Virus record (IMG/VR): IMGVR_UViG_3300035698_013589
Location: 1 to 52,032 of that record
Reading direction: 5' to 3' (one strand)
Length of the DNA stretch: 52,032 nucleotides
From: a virus
Taxonomy: Duplodnaviria > Heunggongvirae > Uroviricota > Caudoviricetes
Below are positions 20,778 to 29,856 of the stretch, piece by piece; position 1 is the stretch's first letter; every line of letters starts with the position of its first letter. The notes under the pieces were generated by a model, which worked only from the letters and a program-made list of their open reading frames with translations, searched no databases and had not been told where the DNA came from. A program made the position numbers and the translations under genes.

Positions 20778-23700
20778 TTATTTCATCATATTTAAAAGCC
20801 TTGCTCCAACAGTTTTTGATTTTTGTTTTACTTTTGAATCTGCTATATTAGGTTTTAAATTTTTCTTCCATTGTTCAGCGTTTCTTGTTATTACACCTTG
20901 CGGTTGGTTTTGTGGTTGTGTGGCTCTATTTGTTCTGCTAACAATAGGTTTTCCAAACGTGTTTCTAAAACTATTTCCAGAAGCTACGTTTTTTCCAAAC
21001 ATTCTATCCATTGAAGATTGCGCTCTATCATAACCATCTGGGCCTCTTGGTTGTTGTTTAGGTGGTGTGAAAGCAAATGCTTGTTTATTATTCTGAGCAA
21101 GATTTGTTCCAAAACCAAATGATTTTAATTGTTGTCTTTCTAACCAATCTCCTGCATAATCAGCTACTTTGTTTTGTGCTAACCAACTATCCATACCAGT
21201 TCCTGCTCCTAATCCTCCACGCCCTTTTGGGAATCTTCCTTTCATATATGGGAAGAATGACGAGAACACATTTGTTTGTGCTAACGCTTGTGGATTGGTG
21301 AATGTCTCAGATACGACCTCTGTGTTAGTGTTTGTATCTGTTTGTGGATTTGGATTTGGGTTTGGGTTTGGTTTTGGGTCTGGCACTACAGGGACACGAC
21401 CATCATCTACAAATGGTCTTATTTGTGATTCAGAAAATACATCAGTAGTTGCTAAAGTATTAGCACTTCGTAGTTGAGGTAATGTTTGTCTTTCTGAAGT
21501 TAATCCTCTTATGTCATTTAATGCAGTACTTCCTGGAGCCTCAAATGAATAAGGTTCACTCATACTCTTTATATCTGTTAAACTTGAAACTTCATTTTGT
21601 ACCATAGCTTCAGATGGAACAAATGAGTTTGCTCTAGCTTTCATAATATTAGTGTTTGGTTTAGCTTTAGCTTTTGTTTTTGTATTAGTGTTTGCACCAG
21701 TATTTGTTCCAGTATTTGCACCAGTATTTGTTCCTGTATTTGCACCAGTGTTTCCACCAGCAAAATTTGAACCCCAGTTCTTAACTTTATTACTACCAAG
21801 TCCTTTTAGTTCATCATCAATATAAGATTGCATATCAATTATTGTTTGTGCGTTTGCTTTTGATGCTGGAATATCAACAGTTTTTCCGTCAGCTAAAGAT
21901 ATAGTAATACCTTTAATTTTTCCATCTGTGCCATAACCAACTTCACCACTTGTTATATCATTAATATCTACATTTGTTTGAGTGTTTGTTCCAAAACTTG
22001 TAACACTTGTAAATGCAAAAACTTTTGGTCTCACAGTTCCAGTGAATTGTGCAACCGCTGGAACAGCTTTAGCTAACTTACCAGCAATTATATCTCCTGG
22101 TTTTTCATACCAATCTGTTAAATATCCACCTGTTTGTAAAGATTTAGTTATCCATGATTTAGGACCAGCTTTAGTCATGATTCCACCAATAGTTCCTGCA
22201 GTAAGAAAACCTGCAGTTCCACCTATACCAACAGATTTGAAGTAATCTCTATCTTCATACATTTTATCTTGTCTTGCTTGTTCAACTAGAGTTCCTTCAA
22301 CTATACCAGCAGCACCTACTTTTGTAAATCCTGTCATGAAACTTCTACCTGTAGCTCCACCTAAAACTGCTTTAGTTAATGCTCGTTTTCCAACAATTTC
22401 TGCTCCGATGTTACCAACTAAGATTCCTGCAGTTTCTCCTGCCATTCCCCATCTTCTTTGATTCCCAGATGCTTTAACAGCTGATTCTAATTCGTCACCA
22501 GAGTATCCTAAGTTTGCATAATATTCTCTAGCGTTTGCTTTAAATTCTTTTGGTGCAGCTATTCCAGGAATGTAGCCTACAATTGGTAAAGACCCTAAAA
22601 AATTTCTTGCAGTTCCATCTAAACCACCAGCTTGTCCATCCCAACCTTCTTGTAATTTGTTTTGTTCAACTTTCCAATTTTCTTGCATTCCTGTTCTAAA
22701 AGTTGTATAATCACGCATAAATTTCTTTTGGTCTTCTGGTGCTGTTCTATATCCTAATTCTTCTGCGGCATAAGCTGTAACAGGTTGTGCTATAAGTGTT
22801 GCTCCTGCCATTGCAGCGCCCCATCCAGCTCCACCTGTAGCTACTCCAACACCGATAACTCCAGCAACTATTCCACCTTCAAGTGCTTTTCGTCCACCAG
22901 ATTTAATACCATATGCTTTATTTAATTCTCGTTTGTCTGCTCCGCTATATGCAGCATCAGCAAAATCTGCGTCAAATAATGTATCATAACCACCCATTCC
23001 AAGTTGTCCTATACCTTGACCAGTTTTAACAATAAGTCCACCTGCATCTTTTGTTATAACTCTTCCAACATTTTTTATTGCGGGTTGTCTTGCTAAATAA
23101 AGCCCTGGAACAGCAGGTTCATACCATCTCATAGAATCCCAATCTTTAAATTTATCAGCATCTATTTTAGCTCGAAGGTCTTTATCTCTTCCATATGTAA
23201 AATCTATTTCTTTAATTACTTCTAAAGTAGAATCTCTATTTTTTATTAAGTTATCAAACTCATTTTCAATTGCAGTTAATCTATTTACAGTAGAATCTGC
23301 ATAATTATGCTTTTCAAAGTCTGTTCCAACATCAGTAAAAAACTTTGTCATTTCTGTATTATATTCGTCATATAATTTATTTTCTGCATCAAGGTCTACC
23401 TGTTCATTATATAAAAAGACACTATTAACAGTTCCATCTTCGGCCACTGTTGTTGAAAAAGCTCCCTTGTCTTTTCTTAAATTATCTCTTCTATCACTAA
23501 AACCTTTACCCATATCTTCTCTGATTATAAGTGGTGCTAATGAAGAATCCTCTATTTCTTTTGATGTGTCAATAAAAGCAGAATTAATAGCTGCATCTAA
23601 ATATGGAGACTTAAACGCTCCTTTAGGTAATGAATCTTTCAATGCTTCTTGTTTTAATTTCTTTTCTTGTTCTCTAAACATTGCTGTATATAACGCTTTT

Positions 23701-25310
23701 TGCTCAGGGTCTTTTAATAACTCTTCTGGAGTTTTACCTGAAGATAATCGTGTGTTTAAATATTTCTGTTCAATATCATCTGCTTCTTTTTCTTCTTTAT
23801 TTATTAAAGTATTATATTCCACATCAAGATTTTTTGCTCCATGTTTAGAAACTGCGTCTAACTGTGATACTAAAAAAGTCATCTCTTCTTCATCAAAAAA
23901 TACTTTACCATCTTTTCCACCAAGATTTCTCGCTTCTGCTTTTAGTTTTATAAATCCTTCACTTGAAGGCATATTTAATATTTCTTTTTGAAACTCTGAT
24001 TTAACTTTAACATCTTCAGCTACTTTATCGAGTTTTCTCTTTGATGTGGCTTCACTGATAATCATATCTGAATATTGAGATATTCCATCACCTACTTCAT
24101 AATGACCTTGAACGCTTCCTTCTACATCAGCATAATCCGCAACTACTTCTCTTACTTCATCTTTTTTAGCTGCTATAGCTTTTTTTAAATCTGTTCCTGA
24201 ATCAAACCCTAAATTAGCAGCTATCTTATTATCTAACATGTAGGCATCATAACCAGTTGGTGCGCCCTTTACAACATTATCTATTTTATCAGTTGCTGAA
24301 TTATATGTATCAATCAGCTCAAAAACTGCGTCTCTATCTTTTGAATCAACAGTATCAACATTAGCTCCCAACAAGTTCTTTATTTTTGTATTTAATTCTT
24401 CTTGATGTGCTTCATAAATTAATCCAGAATAATATTCGGCTTCTTCTTTAGTTCTTGTAGTTCCAAGAACATCTGAACCAATATAACCAGCATCTCCTGG
24501 ACCTGGCATTGAAATTGTGATAGGACTATCCATAGTATATTTTGCTTTCCACTGGGCTTCCTGTTCTTCTTTTGTTAATGTTCTATTTACAGGCGCTACA
24601 AAATCATCATCTATTGTTATACCTGATGTTATACCGCCAGCAAACCAACTTTTTTTCTTTTTAGGTTGTTCAACTTTTGCTGGTTTTTCAAAAAACTTTT
24701 TAGCTGGGTCTGATGATTGAGAAGCTTTCGCTAAAGACATAGCATCTGGAATAAATGGTAGTGTTGTATATCTTTCATATGCGGAAGGAATTTTACTAAC
24801 ACTTTGTTCAGGTGTTTTTTTTCTAATCATAGGTATAGGTAAATCACCTGCCTTTTCTTTAGAAGTATTATTTCGTGTTCTTCTGATTTCGAGTTCTCTT
24901 TTTTTTATCTCAGCATTCATAGATTTTAATCTTTCTTGAGATGCTCTTCTTATTTCATCTGGTGTATGAACAACTTTACCTGACGAATCTACATGCCCAT
25001 ATTTAGCAGAACTTGTTCCTGGTGTTGGTCCTTCAGATAAATAAGAATATTGTCTAGTTGGAAGAGATTGAAATGTATATGGAGAAGGTGGGGGTCTTAT
25101 TGATGATACAGACTTAGAAGCTGCTTTAGCTTTTAATGCTGCTGTTCTTTGTGCAAGTTTTCTTCTAGCTTCAGCAGGGTTTTTTTGAATTTCGTCAGCT
25201 GTCACTACAACCTTACCTGAAGAATCGTGGTATCCGTCCATATCACTATAACCACCACTACTACTACCAGACCTAAGATTTGACAAATAAAACGGATTAT
25301 CCATAGCCAT
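20778..25310 (-). CDS. Large putative virion-internal/genome-delivery protein
   Basis: 1510 aa; charged helical middle; Gly-rich hydrophobic segments (GGIVAGVIGVGVATGGAGWGAAMAG); disordered termini; no catalytic motif recognised. Confidence 0.6.
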   Translation of the reverse strand: MAMDNPFYLSNLRSGSSSGGYSDMDGYHDSSGKVVVTADEIQKNPAEARRKLAQRTAALKAKAASKSVSSIRPPPSPYTFQSLPTRQYSYLSEGPTPGTSSAKYGHVDSSGKVVHTPDEIRRASQERLKSMNAEIKKRELEIRRTRNNTSKEKAGDLPIPMIRKKTPEQSVSKIPSAYERYTTLPFIPDAMSLAKASQSSDPAKKFFEKPAKVEQPKKKKSWFAGGITSGITIDDDFVAPVNRTLTKEEQEAQWKAKYTMDSPITISMPGPGDAGYIGSDVLGTTRTKEEAEYYSGLIYEAHQEELNTKIKNLLGANVDTVDSKDRDAVFELIDTYNSATDKIDNVVKGAPTGYDAYMLDNKIAANLGFDSGTDLKKAIAAKKDEVREVVADYADVEGSVQGHYEVGDGISQYSDMIISEATSKRKLDKVAEDVKVKSEFQKEILNMPSSEGFIKLKAEARNLGGKDGKVFFDEEEMTFLVSQLDAVSKHGAKNLDVEYNTLINKEEKEADDIEQKYLNTRLSSGKTPEELLKDPEQKALYTAMFREQEKKLKQEALKDSLPKGAFKSPYLDAAINSAFIDTSKEIEDSSLAPLIIREDMGKGFSDRRDNLRKDKGAFSTTVAEDGTVNSVFLYNEQVDLDAENKLYDEYNTEMTKFFTDVGTDFEKHNYADSTVNRLTAIENEFDNLIKNRDSTLEVIKEIDFTYGRDKDLRAKIDADKFKDWDSMRWYEPAVPGLYLARQPAIKNVGRVITKDAGGLIVKTGQGIGQLGMGGYDTLFDADFADAAYSGADKRELNKAYGIKSGGRKALEGGIVAGVIGVGVATGGAGWGAAMAGATLIAQPVTAYAAEELGYRTAPEDQKKFMRDYTTFRTGMQENWKVEQNKLQEGWDGQAGGLDGTARNFLGSLPIVGYIPGIAAPKEFKANAREYYANLGYSGDELESAVKASGNQRRWGMAGETAGILVGNIGAEIVGKRALTKAVLGGATGRSFMTGFTKVGAAGIVEGTLVEQARQDKMYEDRDYFKSVGIGGTAGFLTAGTIGGIMTKAGPKSWITKSLQTGGYLTDWYEKPGDIIAGKLAKAVPAVAQFTGTVRPKVFAFTSVTSFGTNTQTNVDINDITSGEVGYGTDGKIKGITISLADGKTVDIPASKANAQTIIDMQSYIDDELKGLGSNKVKNWGSNFAGGNTGANTGTNTGANTGTNTGANTNTKTKAKAKPNTNIMKARANSFVPSEAMVQNEVSSLTDIKSMSEPYSFEAPGSTALNDIRGLTSERQTLPQLRSANTLATTDVFSESQIRPFVDDGRVPVVPDPKPNPNPNPNPQTDTNTNTEVVSETFTNPQALAQTNVFSSFFPYMKGRFPKGRGGLGAGTGMDSWLAQNKVADYAGDWLERQQLKSFGFGTNLAQNNKQAFAFTPPKQQPRGPDGYDRAQSSMDRMFGKNVASGNSFRNTFGKPIVSRTNRATQPQNQPQGVITRNAEQWKKNLKPNIADSKVKQKSKTVGARLLNMMK
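21691..21760. repeat. In-frame 12/24-nt tandem repeat encoding (NTGA/NTGT)n
   Basis: ccagtatttgca/ccagtatttgtt units encode NTGANTGTNTGANTGTNTGANT. Confidence 0.85.
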
Positions 25311-25317
25311 TTTTATA

Positions 25318-26850
25318 TCACCATAATTTGAAACTCTCTATAACCTTTCCTGTGAATGGGTCATAATATGTTTCTTCTCTCAATGCAGATTTTTGTCTCA
25401 TTGTAACACTTTCTTGAACATCACTAAAAAGCCTAGGGTCAAGCACACCTTCAGCATCAGTATATTCTGTTTCTTTCTTAGAACCCCAGAAATTTTTCAA
25501 AGGAGAAACAATACTAAAACTATTGTTACCATCTTCACGATAAACCATGTCTCGTTGTTTTTGGTTATAACCAGATGTATAGGTATCATATTTTCTTTCC
25601 ATGACTTTTTTACCTGCATCAAATTGTTCATCTCTATCCAACATTATATCTCTTCTGGTTTTGTATCCTCGAACATTACCATAATAAGATTTATCATATG
25701 ATTCAAAATCGTCCCACTTTCTTCTACGAAGCATTTTACCTTGGTCATCATATTCTTGTTGTTCTCTTAGATATGTATCACCATGAATATCTTCATCTTC
25801 ATTGTCTCCACTTCGTGTACGCTTTTCATAATCCTCATAATCATCCCATCTTTTGTATTGAGTTAAGAATCCTTTAGGATTATAATCCCATTGATTTTTT
25901 AGATATATGCTTCTATCTTCACTTTCACGTTCATAACTCTTTGTCTTTTTATAATCGTAATCATCAACATAATCATCCCAATCTTTCTTCTGTTTTAAGA
26001 TTCCTGAATCATGGAAGAGTTGTTGTTCATCAAGATAAACATCTCTACTATATTCTTTTTTTCTATAATCATCTGTCTCTTTTTCATAATCTTCACTTCT
26101 ATATGTACTTCTTTTCAAGATTTTATCCATCTTGTTTGCGCCATCTTTTAAGAAGATTTCTACAGGAGTATAAGTACCATACTCTTTATCTCTTTTGGTT
26201 TTCTTTCCACGCTCTTCATAATTTTTATAATAATAATCTTTAGTGTATTTTTTTGTTGGAGCTACATAATGAGTATCAGACTTTTTAATAAAATTGTCAG
26301 GTATATCCACTTCCCATCCTTTTGTTGCAAAAGTTAATTTTGTAGGATTAAACTTAAAATCTGCTTTTTGGTAATCTCTACCAACTTGCACATTACCAAA
26401 TTTTTTGTTAGCTTCTGTTTTCATGGCTACATTTTTTACAGAAGGAGTTCCCTTTAAAGTACTCATGAATTTAGTAACACCATCTTTAACAGCTTGTTGT
26501 GAGAATACCCCTGTGTCTGATGGTTTAATAAATTGTGAGATTGCAAGTGTTGTTTTTGTGTTTAGAGCTTGATTTAGATTATCAGCTGCTCCTCCACCTA
26601 TTGACCCACTTCCTTGAACAGAAATTGTATCAAACTCTTTTGGACGTTTACTTTGTCTAAATCCTGCTTTAACAAAGTTTCTACTCCTAAGAGCTGTTGA
26701 ACCTGTCATTCGTTTTTTATCCAACTCTGTTAATGAGGCTGGATTATCAAACGCCTTTTTCTCTAATTTGTATGCCCGCAGGTCTTTCTGAAAAGCGGTT
26801 TTAAATTCTTTCCCCCAAAGACCAGCTTTTTGTTTTATTTTATTAGCCAT
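25318..26850 (-). CDS. Charged Y/D/K-rich protein with ~45-aa internal repeats
   Basis: 510 aa; repeats such as YLDEQQLFHDSGILKQKKDWDDY, YLKNQWDYNPKGFLTQYKRWDDY and YLREQQEYDDQGKMLRRRKWDDF. Confidence 0.7.
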   Translation of the reverse strand: MANKIKQKAGLWGKEFKTAFQKDLRAYKLEKKAFDNPASLTELDKKRMTGSTALRSRNFVKAGFRQSKRPKEFDTISVQGSGSIGGGAADNLNQALNTKTTLAISQFIKPSDTGVFSQQAVKDGVTKFMSTLKGTPSVKNVAMKTEANKKFGNVQVGRDYQKADFKFNPTKLTFATKGWEVDIPDNFIKKSDTHYVAPTKKYTKDYYYKNYEERGKKTKRDKEYGTYTPVEIFLKDGANKMDKILKRSTYRSEDYEKETDDYRKKEYSRDVYLDEQQLFHDSGILKQKKDWDDYVDDYDYKKTKSYERESEDRSIYLKNQWDYNPKGFLTQYKRWDDYEDYEKRTRSGDNEDEDIHGDTYLREQQEYDDQGKMLRRRKWDDFESYDKSYYGNVRGYKTRRDIMLDRDEQFDAGKKVMERKYDTYTSGYNQKQRDMVYREDGNNSFSIVSPLKNFWGSKKETEYTDAEGVLDPRLFSDVQESVTMRQKSALREETYYDPFTGKVIESFKLW

Positions 26851-26903
26851 TTTAGTATCCTCACAATCAGTATATTAACTTATTTAATAAAGATAATGTG
26901 GCT

Positions 26904-26923
26904 ACTCATTTATATATATATTT
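26904..26923 (-). promoter_or_regulatory. Putative late promoter (AAATATATATATAAATGAGT)
   Basis: Identical to 17704-17723; heads the 510-aa/1510-aa/100-aa operon. Confidence 0.65.
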
Positions 26924-26931
26924 TTTATTGA

Positions 26932-27444
26932 CTAATAAAATTTTTCCTCTCTTGAATCAAAATCGTTGTTCCATTCAACATGTGTCAGGATTCCCATTTC
27001 TAATAATTTGTTTGAAATGTTGTTTGCTTCCATAGCACCATATCCTGTCTTGTATGCTTCGTCAATCTTTGTTGCACCTAAGAATTTACTCTTAAAATGT
27101 TTTGCAAGTCTACCGTCAACTTCAAATTCCTTTTTAAATGATTTCCCAAGCTTATCATATAATTTCAACGAATCATGATATTCTTCTTCTTCCATTGCAG
27201 GAGTTCCCTGAATCATAACCTTTCTCCATTCCAGTTGATAATTCATATCTTCATTCTCAGTTTCCTTAGTTATAACAAATGTCATTCTACCATCTGCTAC
27301 AGCCTTCTTTTTTGCTGTTGTTAAGCTCTGGCATATCATCTGCCAGATGTTCTCCTGAAAGGTCATAAGACCTCTAACCTTATTTGCGCCACGTCTAAAC
27401 CAGCTTCTAGGCACACGTCTTCCTATATGTACTAACACAGTCAT
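26932..27444 (-). CDS. Hypothetical protein
   Basis: 170 aa, GGAGGT RBS, operon-packed. Confidence 0.7.
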   Translation of the reverse strand: MTVLVHIGRRVPRSWFRRGANKVRGLMTFQENIWQMICQSLTTAKKKAVADGRMTFVITKETENEDMNYQLEWRKVMIQGTPAMEEEEYHDSLKLYDKLGKSFKKEFEVDGRLAKHFKSKFLGATKIDEAYKTGYGAMEANNISNKLLEMGILTHVEWNNDFDSREEKFY

Positions 27445-27451
27445 TTTATAT

Positions 27452-27877
27452 TTACCTCCTTCTACTAAAAAACACAGATATATCGTCTTGTTGTAGATTA
27501 AATCTCTTTAGTAATTTGTTTATTATGATTGGTAATATTATCATTATTAAGAACACTTGCCAGAGGGCAAACTCAAAAATAATATAATTACTCCATAAAT
27601 ATCTAGCTCCAATAAACACTATTAACATAGTGCCCAACTTGAATATGAACTTACCAACATTTTTGAACGTCCATTTGAATGGTGGTGTTTTTGGATATTT
27701 TAAATCCAGGAACTCTTTTTGTTCTTCTTGTGTCTTGAGAGCAATGTTCCTAAGCTTCTCCATTTTGATTCTATTTGACTTGTGAGATTCCCTTTTATCT
27801 TTATTAATGGCAAGTTTTATATAAGTTGATATAAAGTATATTATATATACCAAAAAGAGATTAGTCGCTAAATTCAT
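27452..27877 (-). CDS. Membrane protein (about 3 TM)
   Basis: 141 aa with hydrophobic segments at the N- and C-termini; close to the ATPase gene. Confidence 0.7.
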   Translation of the reverse strand: MNLATNLFLVYIIYFISTYIKLAINKDKRESHKSNRIKMEKLRNIALKTQEEQKEFLDLKYPKTPPFKWTFKNVGKFIFKLGTMLIVFIGARYLWSNYIIFEFALWQVFLIMIILPIIINKLLKRFNLQQDDISVFFSRRR

Positions 27878-28154
27878 TCTTTTCCTCCAACAACATATCT
27901 GTGATTAATTCTACATCAAGTTTGGTAACATCATGATTATTATTATTATCAGGATTAGCCAATATTAAGTTAGGGTCTACATTAGGATAGTTTGTTCTAA
28001 TTATGATAAATAACTTTTCTCTTTGTTCTCTTAGAGATTTGGAAATTGATGGTGTAATAAGCATTAAACTATTCTTTACATAATGAACAGCCTCACAATT
28101 ATGAAATCCAATTTTTCTTGCAAGAGTGATTGCTTCTGCTTCTTTCATTCCCAT
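27861..28154 (-). CDS. Hypothetical protein
   Basis: 97 aa, overlaps both neighbours, GGAGG RBS. Confidence 0.6.
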   Translation of the reverse strand: MGMKEAEAITLARKIGFHNCEAVHYVKNSLMLITPSISKSLREQREKLFIIIRTNYPNVDPNLILANPDNNNNHDVTKLDVELITDMLLEEKNEFSD

Positions 28155-28585
28155 AATCTAATTCCTCCATCTCGTAATGTGTATTTAGGTATTTTTAATG
28201 TTTCATCTGAAAATACCCACTTGCTCCAGTTAGGGCCTTTTAGTTCCCAGTAATCTTTTAATGTGATAGTGTGGTTTGTATGCTCAACCTTAAACATATA
28301 AAAAATTCTAACTTTTGTGAGTCCTTGTGATATTAATATTTTATATTTTCTTTCTGGTGTGCAAAACAACACCAATCCAAACCGTGTTCCAGGTACACGC
28401 ATTTTCCATATCTTATCTTCTTTCAATAGTCTTTTTATTCTTCTTCGAAGAATGCATTGTAAAGTTCCACAATCTTTCATTATTTGAAGGATGCTATTAT
28501 AACTTTGAGGGGCTTCTAAAATAGTTGCAAGTATTTTGTCGTCACATGAGACTATATCCCTTATAAAAGCTTCCTTGTCTTTCAC
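28145..28585 (-). CDS. Hypothetical protein, possible winged-helix DNA-binding domain
   Basis: 146 aa; helix-turn-helix-like LQCILRRRIKRLLKEDKIWKMRV followed by a beta hairpin; 4-nt overlap with the ATPase stop, apparently from a GTG start. Confidence 0.5.
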   Translation of the reverse strand: MKDKEAFIRDIVSCDDKILATILEAPQSYNSILQIMKDCGTLQCILRRRIKRLLKEDKIWKMRVPGTRFGLVLFCTPERKYKILISQGLTKVRIFYMFKVEHTNHTITLKDYWELKGPNWSKWVFSDETLKIPKYTLRDGGIRLWE

Positions 28586-29637
28586 GATACGCTTTCCTCT
28601 CTGATTTTGGTGACTAATTGTTTTGCATCAATTAAAATACCTTGAATATGCTTTTTACTTATTGGAATATCATATTGATTCTTTATATGAAGTGAAATCC
28701 TATTCATATTCAATGTGGTATCATTCATCATAATATCTTGAAGTGCTAATAACAACAAAGATTTATGTATGTCTACAGTAGTGACCATTTCTCTAACATT
28801 CTCATCGTTGTAAACATTACTTTCCCTAACAGCCAAATACTTAGTATATAACCAAGAAGGTGGTTTTGGGAACTTAATAATTTGCCAGAAATTAGGATGT
28901 TTCTTTAATTTTTTTTCAACTTCAGATAACCGTGTGAACTCTGTATAAGACCCAACATTCTTGAAATCTTTCATACGCCACGAATCATTTACTGGGTTTC
29001 TGTCCTTAACATAAATAGCTCCTATACCTCTTCCAAACAAATCAATCCAATAATTTACGAATGATTCAAGATAGTTTTTTTCCATCTTATAGATTTTAAG
29101 TGGGAAACATAATATGAATAGTAAGTGTTTAGTTCTCACTTCTGCAAGTTTCTTTCTAAGCTCTTTTGATTCTTTCTTGTTCCAATCTGCAGATGAAGCG
29201 AAACGCACAGCTTCATCACATACCAAAGGTTCAAACTTATTTAATTTGTCAATCTTTTCCATAACATCTTTATTGTTATATGCTAGATGTCTTGCAGGGT
29301 CAAATCTTATTCCTAATAATTTACACCAAAATCTTGCAAGCATGATTGCAGCAGAAGATTTACCTGTTCCTTTCTCGGAAGTCATTAAAACCATACTATC
29401 ATAATTAGCGAGGTTTCTATATAGAAGGTGTTCGGCTAATTTTTTAAAAACTGCAAATCCTTTTGTAGATTCGGTTTGTGTTAAATGTTTTTTTCCTTCC
29501 TCTTCATCCATTTCTTGAATAATAAAGAGCAATTCATTTATACCAAATCGAAGTTCATTCGCATCCTCAACTCCCCAAGTATTTTTTATAATTTCCGTGA
29601 TAAGTCTTCTCTTACCAAAACCAAGTGTTGCTGCCAT
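28582..29637 (-). CDS. P-loop ATPase, probable virion morphogenesis/genome-extrusion ATPase
   Basis: Walker A SEKGTGKSS, Walker B LVCDEA, KKLAEVRTKHL...ILCFP segment typical of Zot-like/spindle-virus ATPases; true start probably ATG at 29637 (track starts at GTG 29685). Confidence 0.75.
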   Translation of the reverse strand: MAATLGFGKRRLITEIIKNTWGVEDANELRFGINELLFIIQEMDEEEGKKHLTQTESTKGFAVFKKLAEHLLYRNLANYDSMVLMTSEKGTGKSSAAIMLARFWCKLLGIRFDPARHLAYNNKDVMEKIDKLNKFEPLVCDEAVRFASSADWNKKESKELRKKLAEVRTKHLLFILCFPLKIYKMEKNYLESFVNYWIDLFGRGIGAIYVKDRNPVNDSWRMKDFKNVGSYTEFTRLSEVEKKLKKHPNFWQIIKFPKPPSWLYTKYLAVRESNVYNDENVREMVTTVDIHKSLLLLALQDIMMNDTTLNMNRISLHIKNQYDIPISKKHIQGILIDAKQLVTKIREESVS

Positions 29638-29638
29638 T

Positions 29639-29815
29639 TTATTTTTTAAGTTTTCTAATATGGTCTTGAAACTTCTCAAAATCACCAGAATACTTTTCTA
29701 TTATAAGGTCTAAACCTTCTTTAATTAATTTAGTTCGATTTTTCTTACTAACAAAAGAAATAATTTTTAGTTTTTCGAGAGTTTCGTCTTCTGCATTAAA
29801 ACCAATATACCGCAT
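29639..29815 (-). CDS. Ribbon-helix-helix (RHH) DNA-binding protein
   Basis: Not in track; MRYIGFNAEDETLEKLKIISFVSKKNRTKLIKEGLDLIIEKY... (58 aa), strand-helix-helix pattern; stop abuts the ATPase ATG. Confidence 0.7.
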   Translation of the reverse strand: MRYIGFNAEDETLEKLKIISFVSKKNRTKLIKEGLDLIIEKYSGDFEKFQDHIRKLKK

Positions 29816-29835
29816 ATAAACATATATCTATATAC

Positions 29836-29853
29836 ATATATATAAATGTTTTC
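29836..29853 (-). promoter_or_regulatory. Archaeal BRE/TATA promoter (GAAAACATTTATATATAT)
   Basis: About 21-30 nt upstream of the RHH ATG, consistent with a leaderless mRNA. Confidence 0.6.
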
Positions 29854-29856
29854 TTT

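Noticed and set aside
21691-21760. Borg-like tandem-repeat signature
   Set aside because: Only one short imperfect in-frame repeat; no widespread perfect intergenic tandem arrays or Borg-type metabolic genes.
20778-29685. Tailed-virus module (tape measure plus terminase)
   Set aside because: The ATPase has no terminase nuclease domain, and no portal, HK97 capsid or tail-tube genes are recognisable.
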